DNA from: Candidatus Parvarchaeota archaeon
Lineage (GTDB): Archaea; Nanobdellota; Nanobdellia; WJKC01
Assembly (NCBI GenBank): GCA_030615175.1
Contig: JAUWZX010000001.1
Span: forward strand, 460,044-524,043
DNA: 64,000 bases
Reading direction: 5' to 3'
Made by a program: the position numbers and the translations under genes. The notes under the pieces are model-generated. The model worked only from the letters and a program-made list of their open reading frames with translations. It did no database searches and was not told where the DNA came from. This document shows positions 54,820-63,901 of the stretch, one piece after another (position 1 is the first letter of the stretch; every line of letters starts with the position of its first letter).

Positions 54820-55686
54820 CTAATGAAGAATTAGGCACTTAAGGTAGTCCTTGCCTGTTCTTTGTTTTAGTAATTTTTTCCACGCGTTCTCCAGAGTCTT
54901 AGGCTTGAATTCAGGAGGTTCATTACCATTTAACCGCGTGTAAGTTGGCGAGTAAAGAGAGATTTGCAGTATATTAACTTTTTCAGGCCGTTGTATCACC
55001 ACGTCAAATAAGTCCTCTAAATCCAGTAAGTCTTTCTCGTCCTGTATTAAGTCAATTAAGTAAATTGAATAATCATCAAGCACGTCCTCCATGTACTCTA
55101 AGTTCTCCAACTGCTTGTACCAAATCTTGCCTGGCAGCCCGGTATTTTCCTCAAAATTCTTTTCACTTATCCCTTTAATGCACATCTGGAATTGCACGTT
55201 TGACTGATTGATTAATTCTTCCTTATGAAGCTTTCTCGTTAAGTTAGTGTCAATGTTTAATCCGTATTCATGAGGGAATTCACGTATTATTTTGTACAGG
55301 AATTGCGGGAAAAGTGTTGGTTCTCCTCCACTAATCCTTAATGCATTAACATCTTCATTCTCATTTAAGTAAGTCACTACTTCATTGAGTACCTGATTAA
55401 CTGGTTTATTAATCCCCCTGCTAGCATCCTTGTTCTTGTCATCAACATAGCAGAACCAGCAGTTCATATTGCATTTATTAACCTGGCTTGTTAGAACCTT
55501 GTTCGTTTTATAAGGGCTTAAGCCAAGTTTTCGCGATGCCACGAATGGAACCCTGCCAAATTCTTTCTTCTTCTTATTAATATTCCACATGTAATAGTAA
55601 ATCCTGTAAGTATCATTTATTATATCACCGCTTTTCTTAATATCCTCTTTCTGTTTTCCTTCATTAAAGTTTGTTAAATAAACCAA
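54820..55686 (-). CDS. radical SAM enzyme, paralog 2 (288 aa)
   Basis: CNMNCWFCYVD (C-x3-C-x2-C) and ISGGEPTLFP (GGE SAM motif). Aligns with the 377-aa paralog along its length. Confidence 0.75.
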   Translation of the reverse strand: MVYLTNFNEGKQKEDIKKSGDIINDTYRIYYYMWNINKKKKEFGRVPFVASRKLGLSPYKTNKVLTSQVNKCNMNCWFCYVDDKNKDASRGINKPVNQVLNEVVTYLNENEDVNALRISGGEPTLFPQFLYKIIREFPHEYGLNIDTNLTRKLHKEELINQSNVQFQMCIKGISEKNFEENTGLPGKIWYKQLENLEYMEDVLDDYSIYLIDLIQDEKDLLDLEDLFDVVIQRPEKVNILQISLYSPTYTRLNGNEPPEFKPKTLENAWKKLLKQRTGKDYLKCLILH

Positions 55687-55754
55687 TTCAATGATTTTTA
55701 TCCTATCTTTCTTTTAATACATTTATTTAGTTTAAAATAATGATTCCAAGCCAG

Positions 55755-56471
55755 TCATCTAATAATCTTGGTTAAATTAAATTTCTTGCCATTGAACTCT
55801 CTTTCAAGCTCTAAAAAAGTAATTCCACGCTTATCAATATACTTCAAAGTGTAAGGAATGTCAGTGAAAATATTAAGCTTCTTAACATCTTTAATATTAA
55901 CCCATTTGTTAAGCCTGTCAGGAGTTTTCTTTTTCAGTTTGCCGGAAAAATCATTACACCTTAAAACATAAAACATGTGATGAGAATGAATATTATTCTC
56001 TTTATTTGTTCTTATTGAGTAAATAATTTTAAGCTTTAAATCCTTAGGCGCGTAACCAGTTCTCTCCATAGTTTGTCTGACAGCACTTTCCCTTACTCCC
56101 TCCCCGAAATGCATTCTACCCACCACGCTTATAGCCCACACGCCCTTAAATGGTTCCCTCCCAAGCTTTGATAATAAAATCTTATCTTCTTTTCTAATAA
56201 CCACTCCTACAATCACGAAAGGCTGCTTATGTACTCCCATCTCATTTAAGTCAACATAAATCGCCAGTTCTTTGCCAAGATTGCTTAATGAATACAAGCC
56301 ATCCTCATCCTTTTTTATAATACCAAGCTTAACTAATTTATTCAAATGATAATTAAAACGATTAGAACGAATATTACTATCCTGTAATTGTGAAAAACTA
56401 AGCTTTGACTTATACATTAATTTCTTAAAAATTTTCTTACGGACATCATGATTTAATAAATTTAACTCCAT
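55755..56471 (-). CDS. wHTH + degenerate Nudix domain regulator, paralog 2
   Basis: 238 aa, collinear with 45326..46042. Long identical nucleotide runs near the 5' end of the gene. Confidence 0.65.
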   Translation of the reverse strand: MELNLLNHDVRKKIFKKLMYKSKLSFSQLQDSNIRSNRFNYHLNKLVKLGIIKKDEDGLYSLSNLGKELAIYVDLNEMGVHKQPFVIVGVVIRKEDKILLSKLGREPFKGVWAISVVGRMHFGEGVRESAVRQTMERTGYAPKDLKLKIIYSIRTNKENNIHSHHMFYVLRCNDFSGKLKKKTPDRLNKWVNIKDVKKLNIFTDIPYTLKYIDKRGITFLELEREFNGKKFNLTKIIR

Positions 56472-56536
56472 GTAAATTCTTTTGGATGAAGTTACTAATA
56501 AATTTAACCATTTTTTTAAAAAAAAATAATAATGAT

Positions 56537-56893
56537 TTAGATAATGAATTCTAGCATAGTAACATCATCATTAACTGTTACTTGATCTCCATATATGCTT
56601 CTTAATTTTTTAACTAGGTTTTCTAAACCATCACCCATGTATTCCTCTGGCACGTTTTTTAACAACGTTTTTTGTTTGTCAACCAATTTAAGTGTTAAAA
56701 CTGTCAGCGCTGTTTCAGGATTCTTACCAACCGTGATGTCAACAAGGCTTCCAATTTTGTAATCCTGGTTGTCAAAATACTTTGTTCCATACCTTAATTC
56801 ATACCACGCGCTCTTAACTTTAATTTCTTCTTTTATGTAATCACTCCATTTCTGTTCGTCTTCTCTTTCCCATAAATTAAATTTTGGTGTCAT
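56537..56893 (-). CDS. small ASCH/PUA-like domain protein (118 aa) - tentative
   Basis: Size and pattern (...LKLVDKQKTLLKNVPEEYMGDGLENLVKKLRSIYG...VTMLEF) resemble ASCH-fold proteins. Judged by eye only. Confidence 0.35.
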   Translation of the reverse strand: MTPKFNLWEREDEQKWSDYIKEEIKVKSAWYELRYGTKYFDNQDYKIGSLVDITVGKNPETALTVLTLKLVDKQKTLLKNVPEEYMGDGLENLVKKLRSIYGDQVTVNDDVTMLEFII

Positions 56894-56988
56894 AAAATTC
56901 CTTTAATTTAATGATTAATAAATAGGTTTTCTCAAAAGAATTTGACTCAAAAAAATTTAAAGAATAAATAAAAGAAAAAAGTTTTTTT

Positions 56989-58122
56989 TTAAGCGTTTGC
57001 TAAAATGTCTTCAATAATGCTTGGTCTTGATATTTCCTTATAATGCTTTCCGAACTCTTCAATGCATAATCCGTCCATTACTTGCTCGCTTCTGGCATAG
57101 TAATCATTCCATTCACTTACTGCTTCATCTATTTTATCACCATATCTTTCTTTCACTGGACCGTAAGGACCAATCTTTAATATATGCATGAAAGGAATTA
57201 TCTTCCTGCCATAATCCTGCGCTAATTCATTCATAAAGCCTTCAAGTGTTTCAGGATTTGGATTAATAATGTATGCATAAGTCCTGATTCCATTACTTAA
57301 TAATTTCTTAAAAGTGTATAATTGCTCTTCAAGCAATTCCCTTCCCTGCTCCGCGTTTCTTCCTATATTACGAGCCAGGTTCTCCGGGTCGCTTCCCTTA
57401 AAGCAGTAAAGAACGTTGAAATTCTTATACTTGCTTACTTGTTCAAATAAGTCTTCTTGCATTTCCTTGTTCTTAATCCATCTGTTCCATGCATGACCTG
57501 TTGTGCCGTTACAGTCAGATTGTACTGATACTTTCTTGCTTAAACCATATTCTTCCAATAATTGCAGTACTTCAAGCCATTGTTCAGGCGCTAAAGTTGG
57601 TTCTCCTCCACTAGGCCTGAATTGATTCAATGCTACTCCTTCATCATTTTTTCTTTCACGGAATTTAATGAATGAATCAATTATTTCACGCATACTGAAG
57701 TATTCAGCCCCATGGTCTGCTCTGCCATTATTATTGAACCTGTCTACGAAACAGAACTTGCAGTTAATATTGCATCCTTTTAATTGGTAGATGAAAACGT
57801 TAGTGTATTCTTCTATTATTTCTCTCGGCACGTCCTGCAATCTTGCAGTGTTGTACGCACCTGTCGATTCTATTGCCCAGAAATCCATGTCAAAAGGTAA
57901 TACTTGATTATTCTTTGTTGCAAAGTACTCGTCAAGCTGGTAGTCCTTCAAGTTTGTTTTAACTCTGAAGAAGTCATTAATGCTTCCCTTGACATTGCCT
58001 TTAGTTTTATCCAAGTCCTTCTGCTGCTCGCTGCCTGCAAAGTTAGTTAATAAGTACTTTCTAACACCGTCTTCAATCTTCATTACTCTATGCCTTAAAA
58101 GTGTTGGTAGTGTCCTCGTCAT
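56989..58122 (-). CDS. radical SAM enzyme, paralog 1 (377 aa)
   Basis: GCNINCKFCFVD (C-x3-C-x2-C) and PSGGEPTLAP. N-terminal extension of about 100 aa. No C-terminal SPASM-type Cys cluster. Confidence 0.75.
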   Translation of the reverse strand: MTRTLPTLLRHRVMKIEDGVRKYLLTNFAGSEQQKDLDKTKGNVKGSINDFFRVKTNLKDYQLDEYFATKNNQVLPFDMDFWAIESTGAYNTARLQDVPREIIEEYTNVFIYQLKGCNINCKFCFVDRFNNNGRADHGAEYFSMREIIDSFIKFRERKNDEGVALNQFRPSGGEPTLAPEQWLEVLQLLEEYGLSKKVSVQSDCNGTTGHAWNRWIKNKEMQEDLFEQVSKYKNFNVLYCFKGSDPENLARNIGRNAEQGRELLEEQLYTFKKLLSNGIRTYAYIINPNPETLEGFMNELAQDYGRKIIPFMHILKIGPYGPVKERYGDKIDEAVSEWNDYYARSEQVMDGLCIEEFGKHYKEISRPSIIEDILANA

Positions 58123-58216
58123 ATCCCTCTCCCCTCCTTAAATTAATTTAGAATCTTTTAGTATGAACTGTTTTAAATTCATTTATTTAATCTAAAATAC
58201 TCTTTAGAAAATGGTA

Positions 58217-59020
58217 TTAAATTAATCCAAGCTCTTTTGCAAAGTCAAAGGCTTGTTTGCGCTCCCTGCAAGGAGGACACCAGTCATTGTATGGAATGCC
58301 TTGCTCCGCGTGAGTTGGTTTAGGATTCCAGCAAGAGTAACTTGCATTAATCGCGTTAATATAGTCTTCTGGCGCGCAGTCAATAGCGAGCGCTAAAGCT
58401 TCATTCTTAGATAAGCCGAGCCAAAGGTAAGGCATGTAGCAATGAACTATATTACCCTTAACTTGAACGTCATACAATTGGTTAAGTAATTTATAATTCT
58501 TAACATCCCCATCTCCAAAGCTCTCATCAGTAGTTACGTTGCCGTTGCTTAAGATTGTGAATACAGGGTCATCATCTTCTCTGTACCTATCATCATTCAG
58601 GCATCGGGCTAGTTTATAGCATTCATCCATCATACTAATATTGCGCAGAGTGTACACTGACTTAGTTGATGCTTGCTTAGCGGATTCCTTATTCTTGAAA
58701 GTTTCTTTAATATACTTTGACGGGATAGGCATCACGTACTCTATTAATTTAAGCACTGAGTCAGGATATACTTCTGAAGCAATACTTAATACTTTTGTAA
58801 TAGCTGTTTTTTCCTGTTCATAATTGCCCTGCCCTCTGTTAAAGAATACTGGCTGTATTTTATCAGCGCCGAAGAATTTCATTACTGGTATTACTCCTAC
58901 AGAATCAAGACCTCCTGAAATGCAGTGCACTACGCTTGCATTCTTTAGCATTCTTCTCGCGTGCCTGATTCTGCCTTCAAGTCCTTCCTTATTCTTGAAA
59001 TATTCATGCATTAAAACCAT
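58217..59020 (-). CDS. QueC-like PP-loop ATPase (divergent 7-cyano-7-deazaguanine synthase family)
   Basis: PP-loop HCISGGLDS, FFNRGQGNYEQE (compare the QueC DYGQRH-x2-E), TLRN, and a C-terminal SCW...CPPCRERKQAF Zn-Cys cluster. Confidence 0.65.
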   Translation of the reverse strand: MVLMHEYFKNKEGLEGRIRHARRMLKNASVVHCISGGLDSVGVIPVMKFFGADKIQPVFFNRGQGNYEQEKTAITKVLSIASEVYPDSVLKLIEYVMPIPSKYIKETFKNKESAKQASTKSVYTLRNISMMDECYKLARCLNDDRYREDDDPVFTILSNGNVTTDESFGDGDVKNYKLLNQLYDVQVKGNIVHCYMPYLWLGLSKNEALALAIDCAPEDYINAINASYSCWNPKPTHAEQGIPYNDWCPPCRERKQAFDFAKELGLI

Positions 59021-59078
59021 TTTAAAGAAAAGTTAGTAATAAGTATTTCTATGAATTATTATATATGTTTAAGAATCC

Positions 59079-60185
59079 TTAGTAGCGGTTCATTTTAGGA
59101 ATAAGTTCAGAAATTTTTGCTCCAGCAACGCATATTACATTATCCGCTCCCCCATAATAAACAATGAGTTTATCACTCTTGTCCAAAACTTTATTTGAAT
59201 CCTTGTATCTTGGAACTGCTCCGCAAGTAAATACTACATGATTTACCCAGCCATACTTTTCATACTCCTCTTCCGGCTCTAAGATTGGAGGCGAGACGTA
59301 AAGCTTCTTAGAAGGGTCTTTTAAGTCAAGAAGCATTGTGAATAAGAAGTATTTATGATTTTGTAAAACACCACTTTTAGCCAGAGAATCTTTTTTACCT
59401 CCTCTATCCACTATTTCTTTTCCATGACAGATAATCAGCCATCCATATTTTGTCTTTATTACCTGCGCTCCTGCACCAATTTTATCGCAGCCTTTTGAAC
59501 CAATATCTTTTGCCTTCAGTAAAACATCCCCCACCCCGCCTGTCCAGGGGAACTTTAATTCATCAGCATAAGTTATGCGCATATCTGGGTATGGGCGATG
59601 AATTAGTACATATTTATTATTAATTTTTTCTGGTATGAGCACCCCATCCTTATTGTAACCTTTAAAAGCAAGCCCTTCTTTATTCCATGCCCTGGTCCAT
59701 TCTTCAGTGCCGGCACATTTATCTGCTAGGGAAATAAATTCATCTAATGCGATTGAGGCAAAAGCTAATTGTGATTCACCACCTACATTACGATTACCGC
59801 TATTACCGGTATAGGAGACGTAAAGTCTGTCATTGAACACTCCTAACATATGAGGGTCTTCACAACCTCCTTTTTCATAAGGAAGTTTCTTATAAATTTC
59901 ATCTGTAGGTAATTCGTATTCTTCAGTAGGTATAAAAATAGGATTATCAAGTCTATTGTCAATATTTATTCCATCTTTACTTGTGGCAAGACCCCAGCGG
60001 GAAAGCATGTCCTTCTTGCCTATGGCCCTGTAGATAATGTAGGTTAATCCTTTTCGATAAGCGCCGCAGTTAAAAACAAGTTTTGATTCCCATTCATGAT
60101 TTTCTATTGGTTTAAGAATTGGATTCTTTAAAATCCGACTTAACCCGCTCCTAACTGATTTTATCATGGTGTTCTCCTCATTCAT
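59079..60185 (-). CDS. GH130-family glycoside phosphorylase/hydrolase (DUF377-type beta-propeller)
   Basis: NPILKP...WE...VFNCGA...IYRA, GGCEDPHM, NKDGVLIPEKINNKY, GWLIICHG, LLDLKDP, YGWVNHVVFTCG and VYYGGADN. Confidence 0.7.
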   Translation of the reverse strand: MNEENTMIKSVRSGLSRILKNPILKPIENHEWESKLVFNCGAYRKGLTYIIYRAIGKKDMLSRWGLATSKDGINIDNRLDNPIFIPTEEYELPTDEIYKKLPYEKGGCEDPHMLGVFNDRLYVSYTGNSGNRNVGGESQLAFASIALDEFISLADKCAGTEEWTRAWNKEGLAFKGYNKDGVLIPEKINNKYVLIHRPYPDMRITYADELKFPWTGGVGDVLLKAKDIGSKGCDKIGAGAQVIKTKYGWLIICHGKEIVDRGGKKDSLAKSGVLQNHKYFLFTMLLDLKDPSKKLYVSPPILEPEEEYEKYGWVNHVVFTCGAVPRYKDSNKVLDKSDKLIVYYGGADNVICVAGAKISELIPKMNRY

Positions 60186-61084
60186 AACTTATTTAAAAAA
60201 GGTCCTTTAATGTAATTAAGGTTTATTTCAAAATAAATCTTGACATTGTATTCTTTCTCCAAGCTTAATGCTTTTCGAATGGTTTCTACAGTGACTTGTG
60301 GGTTAAACGCGCCAGGACTACTTCTTAACCAGAAACAGCAATTCCTAATACGATGTTTTTCAGCAAATCTTAAAACTTTATCCCAGTTTTCTTCATGAAT
60401 TTCTGGGCTTACACTGTAGATAATGTTGCCTAATCCCTTTACATGTTTTTTAATACTTTTATCAATTCTGCATCCAGGTTTCCTGTACCTTGCTAAATCT
60501 ATGTTTAATTTGATTTTTGGATTATTTCTTACTTTAGCGAAGAAATAATTTTCAGCTCCAATTTGGTAACTCCTGTCTTTGCCTGTAATATTGATTAACG
60601 TGAAATCAATACTTGCTTGATTCACTAATTCAAGGACCTTATCAGTCACGATAGAGTATAATCCATCATTTTTTAATTTAATGTCTATCTTTGGATAAGT
60701 CTCATGTCCTTCGAAAAGACTTAAAACTTCTTCTAATTTATCTAATGGCTCTTGCGGTGGGTGTCCTGTTTTAATGATGCCGTTAATTGACATTACGTCA
60801 AATTCGACAAAAATCGGCTTTAAATCAACAGCCTCTTGTATGGCTTTCAACGAATTTTGCTTGGCATGAGCATCAAGACCTCTGTGTACTCCGAATCTTT
60901 GCTCAATTGTCATTCTGATGAATAAATTATAAGTAATATTCTGTCCGTCATTTTCATCACTAACTGCCCGCAAATACGTTTTGGGTTTGCCTTCTTTATC
61001 ATACTTCCTGAAACGCTTGCTATTCGCTTTCTCAATCTTCCTTAATTGTTCAAGCTGTAACATTCTTTCAAGCCCAACCATCAA
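60182..61084 (-). CDS. GDPD/PLC-like phosphodiesterase TIM-barrel protein (tentative)
   Basis: FGVHRGLD...NSLKAIQEAV...VEFDV resembles the GDPD HRG...N-x-L-x-A...E-x-D pattern. 4-nt overlap with the GH130 gene. Confidence 0.4.
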   Translation of the reverse strand: MMVGLERMLQLEQLRKIEKANSKRFRKYDKEGKPKTYLRAVSDENDGQNITYNLFIRMTIEQRFGVHRGLDAHAKQNSLKAIQEAVDLKPIFVEFDVMSINGIIKTGHPPQEPLDKLEEVLSLFEGHETYPKIDIKLKNDGLYSIVTDKVLELVNQASIDFTLINITGKDRSYQIGAENYFFAKVRNNPKIKLNIDLARYRKPGCRIDKSIKKHVKGLGNIIYSVSPEIHEENWDKVLRFAEKHRIRNCCFWLRSSPGAFNPQVTVETIRKALSLEKEYNVKIYFEINLNYIKGPFLNKL

Positions 61085-61355
61085 AGGAGTATTTATGTTT
61101 ATACTCTTTTAAATAGTTTCTCATCACAGTTGAATAGAAATCTTTATAAAAAAAATTAATAAATAGTGATTCCAAGCAGAGTAATCAAGAAATATTTTCT
61201 TTCCATAAAATTTATAAAGAATTTAAAACTTTCTTCTTCTTTTTAGGAGCCTTTTTCTTTTTCACCATCTTTAATTAACACCTCAATAATTATTGTTGCG
61301 CATAAGACTATAGATTTGAATAAATTTATATATGAAGTGAATTATCAAGTGATGA

Positions 61356-62336
61356 ATGATGAGTGAAGCGTTAATAACCGGGGCTAATGGGTTTTTAGGT
61401 TCTCACTTAACTGACTTATGCATTAGCAAGGGCTTCATTGTTCACGCATTAGTAAAGCCAGGAACATTACTTGATAATTTAAGCCAGCATAAAGGCAGTG
61501 ATAAATTAATGATTCATGAATGCGACTTAACTAATAATGATTTATTGAGTGAAATAATTAAGGATTCAAAACCTGGATTAATTTTTCATTTCGGAGCTCA
61601 GCCTCACGTGATTCCTTCATGGAAGGATCCTGCTGGCACAATAAATGTTAATGTTATTGGAACCATAAACGTGTTCGAGCCATTGAAGAAGTATAAAATT
61701 AATGCTCGAGTCATCATTGCTTGCTCCAGCGCTGAGTATGGTTCAACTGCAAAGCTTAATCGCCCGCTAAGAGAGTCAGACCCTTTATTGCCATTGCATC
61801 CTTATGGGGTTAGTAAGGTTGCGGCAGAACTGCTTGCGCGCCAGTACTTCATTAACTTCGGTATTGAAGTGATTAACTTAAGATTCTTTAATCAGACAGG
61901 GCCTAGGAAGGTTAATGATGCCTGCTCTGACTTTGTGAGGGCTGTTGCGAGGATTGAGTTAGGCTTGGATGAGCCGGTAATCAGGGTTGGTAATCTAAAC
62001 TCTTTCCGCGACATTACTGGTGTTCAGGATTCAGTTAAGGCAATTTGGCTGGCAGCCAGTAAAGGAGTGCCAGGCGAGACGTATAATGTCTGTTCTGGCA
62101 GGAAGATTCATGTCAAGAGTGTGTTAAACACTGCTTTGAGTTTCTCATCTAAGAAAATAAAAGTGGTTGAGGATTCTCCTGTTAAGTTAAGGAAGACTGA
62201 TGAGGATGTAATAATTGGTGATAATTCAAAGATTACTGCCTTAGGCTTTAAAGTCTCCCAATCCATTAATGAATTTTTAAAGGACATGTTTGATTACTGG
62301 ATTAAGTATTACAGTAATGAATTACATGCTTCTTAG
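61356..62336 (+). CDS. NAD-dependent sugar-nucleotide epimerase/dehydratase (extended SDR)
   Basis: ITGANGFLGSHL Rossmann motif and YGVSK catalytic Y-x3-K. Confidence 0.85.
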   Translation: MMSEALITGANGFLGSHLTDLCISKGFIVHALVKPGTLLDNLSQHKGSDKLMIHECDLTNNDLLSEIIKDSKPGLIFHFGAQPHVIPSWKDPAGTINVNVIGTINVFEPLKKYKINARVIIACSSAEYGSTAKLNRPLRESDPLLPLHPYGVSKVAAELLARQYFINFGIEVINLRFFNQTGPRKVNDACSDFVRAVARIELGLDEPVIRVGNLNSFRDITGVQDSVKAIWLAASKGVPGETYNVCSGRKIHVKSVLNTALSFSSKKIKVVEDSPVKLRKTDEDVIIGDNSKITALGFKVSQSINEFLKDMFDYWIKYYSNELHAS

Positions 62337-63227
62337 TTTTCTTATTCTTTTATTTATTGGCGGGTGAGTGCTGAATAAGGAGTCTGCTCCTAACTTCTTT
62401 AACGGGTTTGATATGAATAAGTGCATTGTTGCCTTGCTAATCTTCATCCGCCCCTTGTTTTCTGTTTTAATCATTTCCAGCGCGTCAGCTAACCCGTCAG
62501 GATACCTTGTTATTAGTGCTGCTGACGCGTCAGCCAAGTATTCTCTTTTCCTGCTAATAGCTAATTGTATTAACTTCATTAGTATCGGAGTGATTATTGC
62601 AAGTATTAATCCAATAATCACTATTATGCCTGCGCCCTTGCTGTCCCTGTCACTACTGCTTCTGCCCCTCCAGAAGAAATTCCTTAATAATAATTCACTG
62701 ATAATGACTGCAGTGCCTACAAGTACTGACACCAGGGTCATGAATCTTATGTCATAATTCTTTATGTGGCTTAACTCATGCGCGAGCACTCCTTCTAATT
62801 CTAGTTTGTCAAGTTTCTCTACAGCGCCTTCAGTTAATCCAATAACTGCATGCTCGTAGTCCCTTCCTGTGGCGAACGCGTTGATTTCAGGGCTCTTAAT
62901 TATGTATAACCTTGGCATTTTCATGCCTGCTCCAATGCATAATCCTTCAAGCAGGTCTAATGCCTTCTTGTGATTTACTGGATGCGCTTTCTTTGCATTA
63001 ACTGCTTTTAACACTATCTTGTCACTGTAGTAGTAACCAATTATTGATGACAGCATTGCGAATATGATTGCAATAATGAATATGGTGAACGCTAAGTCAG
63101 GGTGGTATGTATAACCGAATACGTAGCCGAGCGCTCCAATCCCCAGCACGATTAGAATGGCTAGCAGGAATGAAAGCCTTTTATTATTCGCTATCTGGCC
63201 GTACACATCTACTTTTTCATGTTTCAT
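62322..63227 (-). CDS. htpX: HtpX-like M48 zinc metalloprotease
   Basis: HELSHIKNYD (HExxH), 4 TM helices, C-terminal STHPPINKRI. Confidence 0.9.
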   Translation of the reverse strand: MKHEKVDVYGQIANNKRLSFLLAILIVLGIGALGYVFGYTYHPDLAFTIFIIAIIFAMLSSIIGYYYSDKIVLKAVNAKKAHPVNHKKALDLLEGLCIGAGMKMPRLYIIKSPEINAFATGRDYEHAVIGLTEGAVEKLDKLELEGVLAHELSHIKNYDIRFMTLVSVLVGTAVIISELLLRNFFWRGRSSSDRDSKGAGIIVIIGLILAIITPILMKLIQLAISRKREYLADASAALITRYPDGLADALEMIKTENKGRMKISKATMHLFISNPLKKLGADSLFSTHPPINKRIRKLRSM

Positions 63228-63282
63228 ATTAATTAATTCTTAAGAGTAATTAGTTATTAAAATCTTTGTGTGGAAAAGGAAT

Positions 63283-63864
63283 TTAAGCTTCAGGGAATCT
63301 TACTTTTGGCACAGCCCTTTCTGCTGCTTCAATTTCTAAGTAAATCTTAGTCTTCCTTCCGCCTGCGAAGAACTTGCCTGGAATAGTTGTAATCATGTTA
63401 TTGTAGCGTAGCACTGAGTCATTGTAGAATTGTCTTGCGTAAGCAATTTTATTCTCTATTGCTGCTAACTCATCCTGCAATGCCTTGAAGTTCTCATTAG
63501 CTTTAAGGTTCGGGTAATTCTCTGCTATCGCAAATATTGTTTTCAAGGCGCTGGTTAATTCATTGCCTGCCTTAACTTTTGCTCCAATGTTGCCTGCTTT
63601 CATCATTCGCTCGCGTGACTGAGTTACCATTTTAATAGCATTCTTCTCATGTTTCATATAACCTTTAACTGTTTCAATTAAGTTAGGCACTAAGTCAGTT
63701 CTTCTCTTTAATTGAACGTCTATCTGGCTCCATGAATTACTTATCCTGTTGCCAAGAATCACTATTGAGTTCCAGTAGTAAATCGCTATGCCAACAAGCA
63801 CTAATACGCCTACTATTGTTAGTCCAATAATCCATTCAATCATTGACTCAAGTGAAGTCAGCAT
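63283..63864 (-). CDS. lemA: LemA family protein
   Basis: N-terminal TM helix plus QIDVQLKRRTDLVPNL...ENYPNLKANENF...YNDSV, matching LemA. Confidence 0.85.
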   Translation of the reverse strand: MLTSLESMIEWIIGLTIVGVLVLVGIAIYYWNSIVILGNRISNSWSQIDVQLKRRTDLVPNLIETVKGYMKHEKNAIKMVTQSRERMMKAGNIGAKVKAGNELTSALKTIFAIAENYPNLKANENFKALQDELAAIENKIAYARQFYNDSVLRYNNMITTIPGKFFAGGRKTKIYLEIEAAERAVPKVRFPEA

Positions 63865-63901
63865 ACTTATTTAAGTTTTTCTTGACTTACATTTTTTTAA
63901 A

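Noticed and set aside
54820-58122. Calling the radical-SAM paralogs viperin-like (pVip) or RiPP maturases for the Cys-rich giant protein
   Set aside because: The only support for viperin is the CN-x2-C-x-FC-(F/Y) box and the GGE motif, which are shared by many rSAM families. There is no SPASM/twitch Cys cluster and no small precursor peptide. The evidence is insufficient.
58217-59020. Annotating the QueC-like gene as canonical queC of the archaeosine/queuosine pathway
   Set aside because: FolE, QueD, an orthodox QueE, TGT and ArcS are all absent from the window, and the sequence is divergent. Function is left open.
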